From Chiloscyllium plagiosum (Eukaryota): DNA of 47,996 nucleotides. The position numbers and the translations under genes were made by a program. Each line of letters opens with the position of its first letter. Positions within the stretch are counted from its first letter, which is position 1. The stretch is from positions 10,348,810-10,396,805 of the forward strand of contig NC_057750.1 in the NCBI RefSeq assembly GCF_004010195.1, written 5' to 3'. Below are positions 11,401 to 23,400 of the stretch, piece after piece. Under the pieces are notes generated by a model, which had not been told where the DNA came from, searched no databases, and saw nothing but the letters and a program-made list of their open reading frames with translations.

Positions 11401-14400
11401 GAGCCACACCTTCCCCTTTTCCTAGTATCTTGTTGCTCCTAAATTCCCTGTTCTCTTCAATATGCAAATCCCAAGTCATGTTGTCCTGCAGCCACATTTC
11501 TGTAAATTACTACCAGATCATACTTATGAATTTCTGTTTCTGCAGTCAGTTCATTTATTTTGTTTTGAATTCAATGTGTGTTCAAATACAGAGCCATTAG
11601 TTTGTTCTTTTATTGTTTTTGCATATTCTGGGTCTTTTTTGCTGATTGACTCTTAGATTCATTCTGTCCTTTCTTGTCACAGTCTGATTATCATTTTCCA
11701 TATTAATACATTTCTCTTTGGCCTTGACAACTCTGATTTACCGCATCTTCTAAATTTGATCCCTTGCTCTCATTTAATTTGAAATCATCTTTATTTTTAT
11801 AGTTATATGGTTGCCAAGAACACTGGCCCCAGCATGAACCAGGGGAAGACAGTCCTAATGGTACAGATCATCCTTTTCCCCTGTACTGGTGACAGTGACA
11901 CACAAACCAGAACTCACCTATTCTACATCAGTCTTAGAGGAATGTATCTCCCAATCTTGATTTTCCCTGTGCCAGTTTTCACTTGCCTCAGGTAATAATG
12001 TAGACATTATGACCTTTGAGGTTCTGTCCTTAATTTAGTGTGTAGCTCCATATACAGTTTATGCAGCATCTCTTGCCTGTGTTGTTGGTATCTGCATGGA
12101 TCACAATGACTGGATTCTTCGTCTCCCACTGTAAGTTCCTTTCTAGCCCTGAGCTGATGTCCTGAATCCTGGCATTGAGCATTCAGCACAGCTGTCTGGA
12201 ATGTTGCTGTTTGCAACGGAGAACAGTGTCAATTCCCCACTATACTATCCCTTATTACCACTACATTCCTCCTTACTTCTTGAGTGACTTCCCTTGCCAT
12301 GGCCAGTTCATCCACTCTGCAGCCCTCTCTCTCTTCCAAACTGAAAGAACCTCAGACTTGTTTGGCACTTTGAAAGGCTGAGGTTCGTGCTCTTAGCCTT
12401 AAGACCCCCTTATCTTTTTTTTCAGTTGCAGTTACACTCTTCAGGCCTTAAAAAGACAAAATCAGATAACCCAACCTCCTGGAACGTAGAATTCAGAAAG
12501 CTTCCCATTCCTGATAAAGCACACCATCCATAGTTCAGTGTCCAGCTTGTATACAGTTGAAACTGATCGAACTTCAAACGTTTGCCCTGGATCAGACTAG
12601 CATCCAGGAGCTTCCATGTGCTGCCCCTGTGACACTAAATCTTTACTGCCATCCTTAATGTTTTCTACTTAATTTATTCAATTCTACATTTACTTGTGTT
12701 TTAATATATGTTATTAACTTTACACCTGTTGTAGTTCAATGTTGAACCTTAGGAATAGAATAAATTAGATTAGATTACTTACAGTGTGGAAACAGGCCCT
12801 TCGGCCCAACAAGTCCACACCGACCCGCCGAAGCGTAACCCACCCATTCCCGTACATTTACCCCTTTACCTAACACTACAGGCAATTTAGCATGGCCAAT
12901 TCACCTGACCTGCACATCTTTGGACTGTGGGAGGAAACCGGAGCACCCGGAGGAAACCGACGCAGACACGGGGAGAATGTGCAAACTCCACACAGTCAGT
13001 CGCCTGAGTCGGGAATTGAACCCGGGTCTCTGGTGCTGTGAGGCAGCAGTGCTAACCACTGTGCCACCGTGCCGCCTGGTTACTTACCAGATACTCACCA
13101 AATAACAAGCTTCCTCTTCTGTAGCACATTAAGAATCACTTCCTGGAGGCTGAAATAACTAGGAAAAGCAAAAGCAACGGAGCATCTATTTCCCTTCTTC
13201 CCTTAATTCCATTTATACCCACTCCAGTACTCTATTGTAAGTTGTACTCAAGTCCAAAGTCACACTATGTTAGCTATTTAACATATTCTGGTACTAGGAC
13301 CTGAGGGCATAGTCTCAGGATAAAGGGGCACCATTTGAAGACGTGAGATGAGGAGGAATTCCTTCAGTTAGAGGATTGAGAGTCAGTGGAACTTCTTGCC
13401 TCACAGAGATGTGGGGGCAGAATCCTTGTGCTGAGATTCTTGATCAGCAGGGGAATCAAGGGTTACGTGGAAAGGGCAGAAAGTGGAGATAAGGAATTTT
13501 TTGATTTGATGTGATTTATTAATGTCAGTGTATTGAGGTAGAGTGGAAAGTGTTGTCTTACATGCTTTACAGGCAGATTGTACTATACAACAGAATAGAG
13601 TGCAGAATGCAATGTTACAGTTGCTCAAAAGGTGCAGAGATCAGCATTAACATTAAAGAGGTTCATTCAAAAATCTGATAACAGCAGGAAAGAAGCTTGA
13701 ATCTGTTTATACGTGTATACAAAATTTTATATCTTCTGCCCAATGGAAGAGGGTGTCAGAGAGTATAACCAGGGTAGAAGAGGTCTTTGATTACATTGGG
13801 TACTTTCCTGATGCAGCAGGAAGTATAGATGAAGTCAGTGGATGGGAACTGATTTGCATGATGGACTGGGCTGTGTTCATGACTCTCTGTGGTTCCTTTT
13901 GATCTTGGGAAGAGCAGTTGCCATACTACGCTATGATGCACCCAGATAGGGTGTATCTTTAAAAAAAATTATAAGTGCCTTCGTGGATATGCTGAATTTC
14001 CTTAGCTTCCTGAAGAAGTAGAAGTGTTTCTGTGCTTTTTTGACCATACTGTCAACATGGGTGGACCAGGACTGATTGTTGGTGATCGTAACTCCCAGGA
14101 ATTTGACTCCAATGAATGGTAGCGATTGCTCGAGAGATTGAAAAGTTTACTTCAGTCCCTATTTCTGTTGGTCTTATGACCTAACACATAGGGGCTCTCT
14201 CACCTGCTTAATGAGGAATCTGTTTGAGCTGCTTTATTTAATTCCAACTGCTCCTCCTAAAACACTGCTTAAAGCTGGAAACAATAGAGTTTAAATGATA
14301 AGTTTCAGTTATATGTTAACTAAAAACTAGAAGCAAAATTAGATTTGTATTAAAAGAGGAAATTTAGACTTTTCTTGTCTGCCAACTACAGGCACTCGGT

Positions 14401-17400
14401 CCTAGAATGGTAGACTTTAGAACTCTCCACATACTCGCACTATTGGCTGGAAGGTCAATCACTTACTTCTGCTATTAGTCAGAAGGCTGATGACTCGACT
14501 CAAGTTTTAGGGAGAGAACATGACACTCACAGACGCTATTGTGCAGAAAGCCAGTCACTCGCTCATACAATTGGCCAGAAGATGGGTCACTCGCTTATGC
14601 TATTGGTCAGAGGACAGGTCACTCCACTGTATTGGCTGAAAGGGAGGGTGTGTCATTCACTCACAGGAATTTGAGGTTTGACAGACCTGAATTGAAGAGC
14701 TCCATGAACTCTGAGGCACTTAAGGTGTCAGTCTGTAAGAGAGGAATAGAGAGATCACAATAAGCCCAACAATAAGCAGTAAGATCCAGCCCGAAAATTA
14801 ACCCACAATCAGTGAGCAGTAACCCATGACTGAAGCTATATGAAGGAGCTGGCAGTCACCTCCGCAGAGAAACACATACCTCACTTACAGCATCTTTCAG
14901 CACGTTCAGTGCACTCTTGTTGTCAACATCAACCTCTGTCCAGTTGACCTGGAATATGGAAGAGGCAGAATTTGAAGTCAAATCAAGTCCAAAGTACAGA
15001 GGCATGCATGAACGTGATGAGGAATCAGCCTGTGCAATTTGTGTGTACAGAAGGTGTGTATAGAACTACCATTGTGCAGCCAGAATCCTCCCATTGTTTC
15101 AGAAATTGCCCCAAGTTAAAATTCAGGTTACCCACAAGATTGTGTCTTTTAGGAACTATTATAAGCCCTCTTACTGCCACCAGCCCCCAATGGTTAGAGA
15201 AAAAGGTCGGCTGGTAGTGTCTCCGCAGTGTTGCACTTGCATTGCACCAGATCTGGATGTAGCTACCAACCCCACACTCTGCCAGTGGTCAGTCAGTGCA
15301 GGCCCAATTATCTCAGCGTGAACAGAATCTGGTTGGTCCATCTCGACTTGCAGAAGCCAGTGGTCATAAGTATTTTAGCAATCAGGAAACTGGTGCTATA
15401 TATTTCAGTGCAATATGGGAAATTGGTCCAGTATAGTCAAGATTAGGGTTTAAGCAGACTAATGGGATAATTTGGAGGGAGATTTATTCTGTATCTAACC
15501 CCAATGCTGTACCTGTCCTCAGAGTGTTTACAGGGATGCTGACTCAAGTACCTAAACAGCTTATCGTCTATTACAATTACCTCTGGGTTAAAGGCAGAAG
15601 TGGTGGTGCTGTTCTCCCTAGGGAAAAAAAAAGAAATACTGATGAGTAAAGGAACAGCTGATTTATTATTTAAAAGAAGTTCACTATATTGCATTAGTCA
15701 TGTGATTGTATGAATTCTAAAACTGCTTCATAAACAAAATAAACTTGAGTATTTTGTTGAAGCTTTTCATCTTGCACTCATCAGGACACTTCGCAGGAAC
15801 AGCCATTAACATTTATACTGTATGAGAGGAGACAGCTAATTGGTAGGCAAGTAGATGCTGGTTGAGATGTTGCTGTGGAGAAATTACAACTAATGATGAT
15901 TGACAGTTAACTGTCAGCCATTGTTTAAATTTTTAAATCAGACAGTTTGGTTCTGATTGGTTAAGGCATTAGCCTGCTAAATCAACCAGTAAATGGCTAT
16001 CCCCTATTTTGCTAGTTGAAACAGGTGCAAAGTATTTGCATGTTCTTTCTGTCTGAGTACTAATATATACAGCTTCCAGTCCACACAACGTGTTGCACTA
16101 ATAATCCTAACTGATAACCCCAAATGGGGTTACTTGCATGAACTGGAGGCCCACATATATTAATGGGTCACTGGTGAGGCATTTATGGCATATCCCTAAT
16201 TGACCTTGAGAAGATAGCAATGAGCCATGTGCTAGAATGCAACTGAGTGACTCTCTAGGCTATTTCAGAGGGCAGTTAAAAGTCCACCCCATTGCTGTGG
16301 GTCTGGAGTCATGTGTCGGCCAGACCAAGTGAAGATGGCAGATTTGCTTCCATGAAGAGCATTGGTGAACCACATGGGGTTTATGATCACTGTCACTGAG
16401 ATGAGGTTTTCATTCCAGATTATGTGACTCATGACAGATATTGCATCTAGTGATATTAATGTCATGCCACCATCACTCCCTTGCACTCATAGACAGGAGT
16501 TTTTAAATCTGAACTCTATTACATCCTGGAGGTATATGAATATTGAAGTGTGAGATTCTTATTGAACAGTGGATGTTGAGTTGATCAGAGGTTGGGATCA
16601 GAGTGAGAAATGACTTCATCCCCCATAAGTTCAATGGCCAGCCCCGATGCTGTACCTGGAAACGTTGTTCTTCTTTGCAAAGATCCGCAGAAAGAACTCC
16701 CCCTCCTTGTTCTTACTGAAGGTAGTGGGCAGAATGACATACTCGCCAGGAGGGAGCTGCAGCCGCCTCGCCACTGAACGGCTGTTGATGTAATTGCCCG
16801 AGTCAGACACCGGTCGGTATTTACGGAAGAACTTTCTGCCAAAACGGGAGTGCTGATTCTGAAACTTGACGCAAGTGAGTGAGAGTGAGTCAATTCATTA
16901 CAGCAGAGCATGTGATTATGAGCTACCTCACTCCCATTCCCGTATTCCTGTCACTGAAAAAACTGCAGCACAAGCCCCAACTCATTCACGCCTTGTTTAA
17001 TTAACTTCACTGAGCCATTACGTTTCTTTGACATTGTTCACTACCTTCCCTTTTGGTCAGTTCGTTTAATTGAGATGGAGTGGTGCCAGAGGACAGAGAA
17101 GGTTTGTTTGATATCGGGCTGGTTTTGAAATGTTCCATGACACCAAGTTACGGTTAGATCCTTTCAAAACCTAGTACCACAATAGTGAGGGCACTTGCTG
17201 CCGATCAGCTCATAACAAAACTCATGATATGGGTTCTGCAGTGGACAGAGGCTTGGAATGGTGTGGTGCCAGTGGGCATACAAAAGGAAGCTGGGTATCA
17301 TTGGCTGGTGGGGAGGCAATAGTAATGTCATTGAACTATCAATGCAGAACTTCAGGTTGTTGTCCTGGGGACATGGTTCAAATCCCACTATGGCAGACGA

Positions 17401-20400
17401 TGAACTTTGAATCCTGTAAATACTGGAAGAAAGCTGGTCTGATGTTTTGGTGATCTTATGACTATTGTTGATTGTCATAAAAATCCATCTGGTTCACTGA
17501 TGTCCTTGAGGGATGAATGGGGTTGACGCTTAACTGCCCTCTGGGCAATTAGAGATGGCCACCCAGTGATGCCCATATCCCATGAATGAATGAATGACAT
17601 GAGTCAAAGATGAGTTAGAGACCTGTTAGCTTACTGAGATTTTTCCTTTCAGTCTTAACTGAGAAAGTGTTTACATACTAAGATGCGCACTTCAAAATCC
17701 CTTCCACATACCATAAGACCCATGAAGAGGGCCTTGAAATTGCAACAGCGAAAAGAACTCTTTAAGAATTGACAACCCAAAATGGAAAGGTTATTTGTGC
17801 TAAATAAAAGCAAAATACTTTGAATGCTGGAAATCTAAACCAAACATGGAAATTACTGGAGAAACTCAGGCCTGGCAGAATCTGTGGAGAGAGGGATAGA
17901 GTTAATGTTTCGAGTCTGGAATAATTGTTTTTGGAACTGTGTGAGGAGTGTTCTGTGTTCCAAAGAAGTGTTATATCAGACTTGAAATATTAACGTGCGT
18001 GTATGAGTGAGAGAGGATAACCAGATTTATTAATTATTTTCAAGAAAGATTGGAGGAGTTCATAAAGTTGCCAAGGCAGGGTTCCAGAACAAAGGACAAA
18101 TGGTAGATGTTTTCAGGATCATGAGGGGGCTGGTTAGAGTATATGGGGAAAATCTATTCCTGCTTCTAAAAAGATCAAGAGCTAGAGGGCACAGATTTAA
18201 TGATTTCAAAAGCAGTTATGAGGTGAGAAATTAACATTTTCAAACAGTGAGTGGTCTGGATTTGGAAATGTGGTGGAAACTTTTAAGAGGGGTCTGGGAT
18301 TCTTAATAAAATGAAAACAACATGCAAAGCTACAGGGAAAAGGTGGGAGATTGGCATCAAGTTAAGATGCACAGGGAGATAGCAGAGATAACATGCCAAA
18401 TGGCCGCCTCCTACACTGTAACATTTCTGTGCAAGGCCACTTGAGACATTTCACACAGTGACATGTTAGGATCTAGAATGCTGTGCAAGAGAACATAATG
18501 GAGGCAGCTTCAATCATTGGCTCCTAAAAGAGAATTGGACAAATATTCAAAAGTAGAGAGACTTGCAGGGTTACACGAAAAGGGACACAGGTAGTGGCTC
18601 TCGCTGCAGTTCTCTTGGAAAGGGTCAGCATAGACCCAGTGGGCTGAATGGTCTTCCCCTCAGCTGTAACTGTTCTGTAATTCTCCTTGTAATAGGGTAG
18701 CTGCATACGTACCCGTTGAGGGACCTGCAAGAGAAACACAATGATGTCAGTGTCCTGATATTGCACACAAATTCCATCCGTGAAACTTCCTCATCAGTAC
18801 ACAGACAGAGGAGGAGGCTATTGAGCCCCTCAAGCCTGTTTTGCTTGTAGTCTCACTGTGGTGTAACCCTTGATGTTTTCATCAAATAAATATCTAACAA
18901 CTTTCTTCACCAAAGCTCTCAACTTTTTCTGAGTGTCCACAAGCATCTGGTGGAGGTGATGACCCCATAGACCTTTTCCTATGAAAGCTGCTTCCTAATT
19001 TCCTCCAAAATGGGCCAGTTCCAATTTTGTGATAGTCATAGCTCTTGCCAGAAAGGAAATAGTTCCTGCCTCGCCATCCCACTGAGTCATTTAAACTGTT
19101 ACATCTCAACCTTCCAAACTGGAGGAGATACAAGCCAGATTTGTGCAGCTCACCCACATAAACAAAACCTTTAACCCTGAATCCTCTTGAATCTGGGCTG
19201 TATCCCTTCCAAAGCAGTGCATCAATCTTGAAGTGAGGTGTTCAGATGGTGTCTGACTGAGGCTCTACACAATTGTAGCCTCATTTTCTCCACTCTGTAT
19301 TGCAGCAGTCTTTGTTGAGACAACGTCCAGGCATATACTTGCTTTTTATTCATTCATGGAAGTCACTGACTGAACCAGCATTTTTTGCCTGTCCCTCCTT
19401 GTCCTTGAGCTGCTTTCTTAAAGTGCTGTAGTTCAAATGCTATAGGTAAACCCACACTGCTGTTTTGGAGGGAATTGTAGTATTTTGACCCAGGGACAGT
19501 GAAGGAAAAACAATACATTTCCGAGGCAGGATGGTGAGTTACTTGTGAGGGGAACATGCAGGAGTGGTGTTTCCATGTATCTTCTGACTTACCCGTCTAG
19601 ATGGAAGTTGTCATGGTTTTGGAAGGTGCTGTCTAAGGATCTTTGAAACATTGCTGCAGTACATCTTGTAGATAGTACACACTATTCCTACTGAGCGTTG
19701 GTGGATGGAGTGGATGTTTGTGGACGTGGTGCCAATCAAGTGGGCTGCTTTGTCCTAGATGATGTCAATTTTCTTTTAGTAATATTGGAGCTACACTCAT
19801 CCAGACAAGTGAAGAATATTCCATCACATTTAGGATTATTAATATGCAGAGGGCTCTGGGTGTGCAGATCGACAGATCAGTGAAGGTGGCAGCTCAGGTA
19901 GGTAAGGTAATAAAAAAGGCATTTGGCATTGAAAGGGACATTGAGTATAGCATAGGCAAGTTATGTTGCAGCTTTATAGAACTTTAATTAGGCCACGCTT
20001 AGACTATTGCGTACACTTCTGGTCACCACACTACCAGAAGGATTTGGATGCTTTGGAGGGGGTACAGAGAAGGTTGCTTTGTATTGGGGATTTTAACTAT
20101 GAAGATAGACTGGGTTTGTTTTCACTGGAACGCAGGAGGTTGAGAGGCAACCTGATAGAAGTTTATAAGATTGTGAATGGCATGGATAGAGTGGAAAGTA
20201 TGAGGCTTTTTCCTAGAATGGAGGGGTCAATTACAAGGGGCACAGGTTGCTGTTATAATCTTGTTGATGCATGTTTGGAACTTCATGCTCACTATCGTTA
20301 GGAATTGGCTATTCAGCCCCTCAAATCTGCTCTGTCATTAAAACTGGCATGGCCTCAACCCCACTCGCCTGGATATCCCAGATAACCACTGATCCCCTGT

Positions 20401-23400
20401 TAGTCAAGCAGCTATCTACCTCTGCAATAAAGATATTCAATGAGCCTGCATCCCCTCTTTGGGAAAGAATTCCACAGACTTATGACCCTCTAAGAGAAAA
20501 CAAAATTCTCACCCTGACCCCAGGAGAGAAACAGAAATTCTCCTCATTTTTATCTCAGTTAGGACTTTTTATTTTTGTTACTGTGTCCCTCCTAATCAAA
20601 CATTATCTACAAACTTGGGTTGCTCTCTGTTTAACAAGATCAGAGGTAATCGTGGTTAAAAAGTTGAGTTTGGACATTCGTCATATCTTGCTATTCCAAT
20701 CACCAGGGCTTAAGCCTGGTGCATCTGGGAGTGGTGGTGTAATGGTAATATCAGTGGATTAGTAATCCAGATGATATCGAGAGGTGAGAACGAAGACCAG
20801 AGGGCTGCTGGGAAGGTGAGTGAAACTGTTTGAAAAATCTTAGCTTGGGCGTCGGGGCCTCCATTTGTCAAGAGGTGAGAGTGAGGACCAGAGGGCTGCT
20901 GGGAAGGTGAGTGAAACAGTTTTATTTGGGTAGCGGCTGAACCCGAGACACCAAATGTGTACTGTCTTCCACCCTCCTTCCTCCTCTAACTAAAAAAAGG
21001 GACTCTGTGCTGAGTTGATCAATAAAGGTTTCCTATTTCCTTTTTGTTTTATTATTTTATCGAGTGATTTGGTAAAAACTTTCCTTTCTCGTTTACCTCA
21101 GCTAAGACTAAAGTTAAATTTAAGATTAAAAATGGAAGGAGATCTCAGACCCATGGTTTGCTCCTCTTGCTCAATGTGGGTGCTTGGGGACTCAACTGAT
21201 GTCCCTGGCTCCTTCAAGTGTAGGTTGTGTGTCCAGTTGCAGCTCTTGTTAGATCATATGATGGCTCTGGAGCTGTGGATGAACTCACTTTGGAGCATAC
21301 ACAATGCTGTGGGGATTGTGAATAACACATTTAGTGAGTTGGTCACACTGCATATTGGGATTGCTGAGGGAGAAAGGGAATGGGTGACCAAAAGTTAGAG
21401 AGAGAGCAGGAAGGCAGTGCAGATGTCCCCTGCGGTCATCTCCCTCTAAAACAGGTATACCATACTGTTGGGGGAGATGGCTCACCAGGGGAAGGTAGCA
21501 GTAGCTAGGATCATGGCACCGTGGCTGTGCTGTTCAGAAGGGCGGGAAAAAGAGTGGAAGGACTATAGTCATAGGGGATTCAATTGTAAAGGGAGTAGAT
21601 AGGCAGTTCTGTGGTCGAAAATGAGACTCCCAAATGGTATGATGCCTCCCAGGTGGTGCACAGGTCAGGGATGTTCTCGGATCAGCTGCAGAACATTCTC
21701 AAGGGGGAGGGTGAATAGCCAGTTGTCGTGGTGCATATATGCACAAACGATATAAGTCAAAAAAAGGGATGAGGTCCTACAAGCAGAATTTAGAGAGTTA
21801 GGATGCAACGTGCTAGTCAGAGTAGGAATGATGGAGTAAGCAGGATGAATGCGTGGTTTGAGAGATGGTGCAGGAGGGAGGGGTTCAGATTTTTGGGACA
21901 TTGGGACCGGTTCTGGGGGAGGTGGGATTATTATAAATTGGATGGTCTCCACCTGGGCCGGACTGGAACCAATATACTTGGGGGTGCTTTTGCTAATGCT
22001 GTTGGGGAGGGTTTAAATTAATGTAGCAGGGGATTGGGAACCAAATGAAGTAAGAAGACAGTAAGAAAGCAGAAACTAAAGCCTGTAAGGAACTAGATAA
22101 TGAAGTCAGCATGACTAAGGGGAAGAGAAGGCAGGGAGCAGATGATGAATGCAAAGGGATTGATGGTCTGAGGTGCATTTGTTTTAATGCAAGAAGTATA
22201 GTAGGTAATGCGGATGAACTTGGAGCTTGGATTAGTACCTGGGAGCATGATGTTATTGCTATTACTGAGATTTGGTTGAGGGAAGGCATGATTGGCAGCT
22301 AAACATCCCAGGGTATCAATCCTTCAGGCGGGATAGACTGGCAGGTAAAAGGGGTGGAGGAGTTGCATTATTGGTCAGAGAGGATGTCACAGCTATGCTG
22401 AAGGAGGGCACTATGGAGGACTCGAGCAGTGAGGCAATATAGGCAGAGCTCAGAAATAGGAAGAGTGCAGTAACAAGGTTGGGGCTATACTACAAGCCTC
22501 CCAACATGAATGTGAGACAGAGGTGCAAATATGTAAACAGATCATGGAAAGATGTAGGAGCAACAGGGTGGTGGTGATAGATTTTAATTTTCCCAACATT
22601 GACTGGGATTCGCTTAGTGTTAGAGGTCTAGATGGAGCACAATTGTAGGATCATCCAGGAGGGTTTTCTAGAGCAATGTGTAAATAGTCCAACTTGGGAA
22701 GGGGCCAGACTGGAGCTGGTGTTGAGAAATGAGCCCGGCAAGGTGGTTGAAGTTTCAGTAGGGTATATACTACTTTGGGAATAGTGATCACAATTCCATA
22801 CGTTTTAGAGTACTCACGGACAAAGATGAGAGTGGTCCTAAAGGAAGAGTGCTAAATTGGGGAAGGCCAACTATACCAAAATTTGGCAGGAACTGGGAAA
22901 TGTAGATTGGGTGCAGCTGGTTGAAGTTAAATCCACATTCAATATGTGGGAAGCTTTTAAAGAGAGGTTGATTAGAGTTCAGCAGAGGTATGTTCCTGTG
23001 ATAATGAGGAATGGAAATGACCAGGTTAGGGAACCATGGATGATAGGTGAAATCCTGAGACTAGCTAAGAGGAAAAAGGATGTGTAGATGAGGTCTAGGC
23101 AACTGAAGACAGACAAAGCTTTGGGAGAATATCGGCAATTTCGGACCAATCTGAAATGGAATTAAGAGGGCTAAAAGAGGTCATGAGTTATCCTTAGCAA
23201 ACAGGGTTAAGGAAAATCCCAAAGCCTTATTTTCATATATAAGGAGCAAGAGGGTAACTACAGAAAGAGTTGGCCCACTCAAGAACAAAGGAGGAAAGTT
23301 ATGCGTGGAGTCAGAGAAAATGGGTGAGATTCTTAATGATTGCTTTGCTTTGGTATTCACCAAGGAGAGGGACATGATGGATGTTGAGGTTTGGGATAGA

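Larger units (their letters stand above)
8350..12720 (-). mobile_element. Old, fragmented CR1 LINE (3' end near 8350; esterase-type ORF1 remnants near 11800-12600), interrupted by younger insertions
   Basis: CR1 3' tail-like sequence at 8350-8430; RT remnants to 9140 and 9820-9950; ORF1 remnants resemble those at 21800-22000 and 39960-40400. Confidence 0.55.

Noticed and set aside
13000..13076. tRNA gene
   Set aside because: It is the tRNA-derived head of a SINE, continuous with the SINE body and repeated five times.
14204..14256. Candidate exon ttttag|GAGGAG...AGCAG|gtgaga
   Set aside because: No calpain similarity; 14687-14732 fits exon 15 better.
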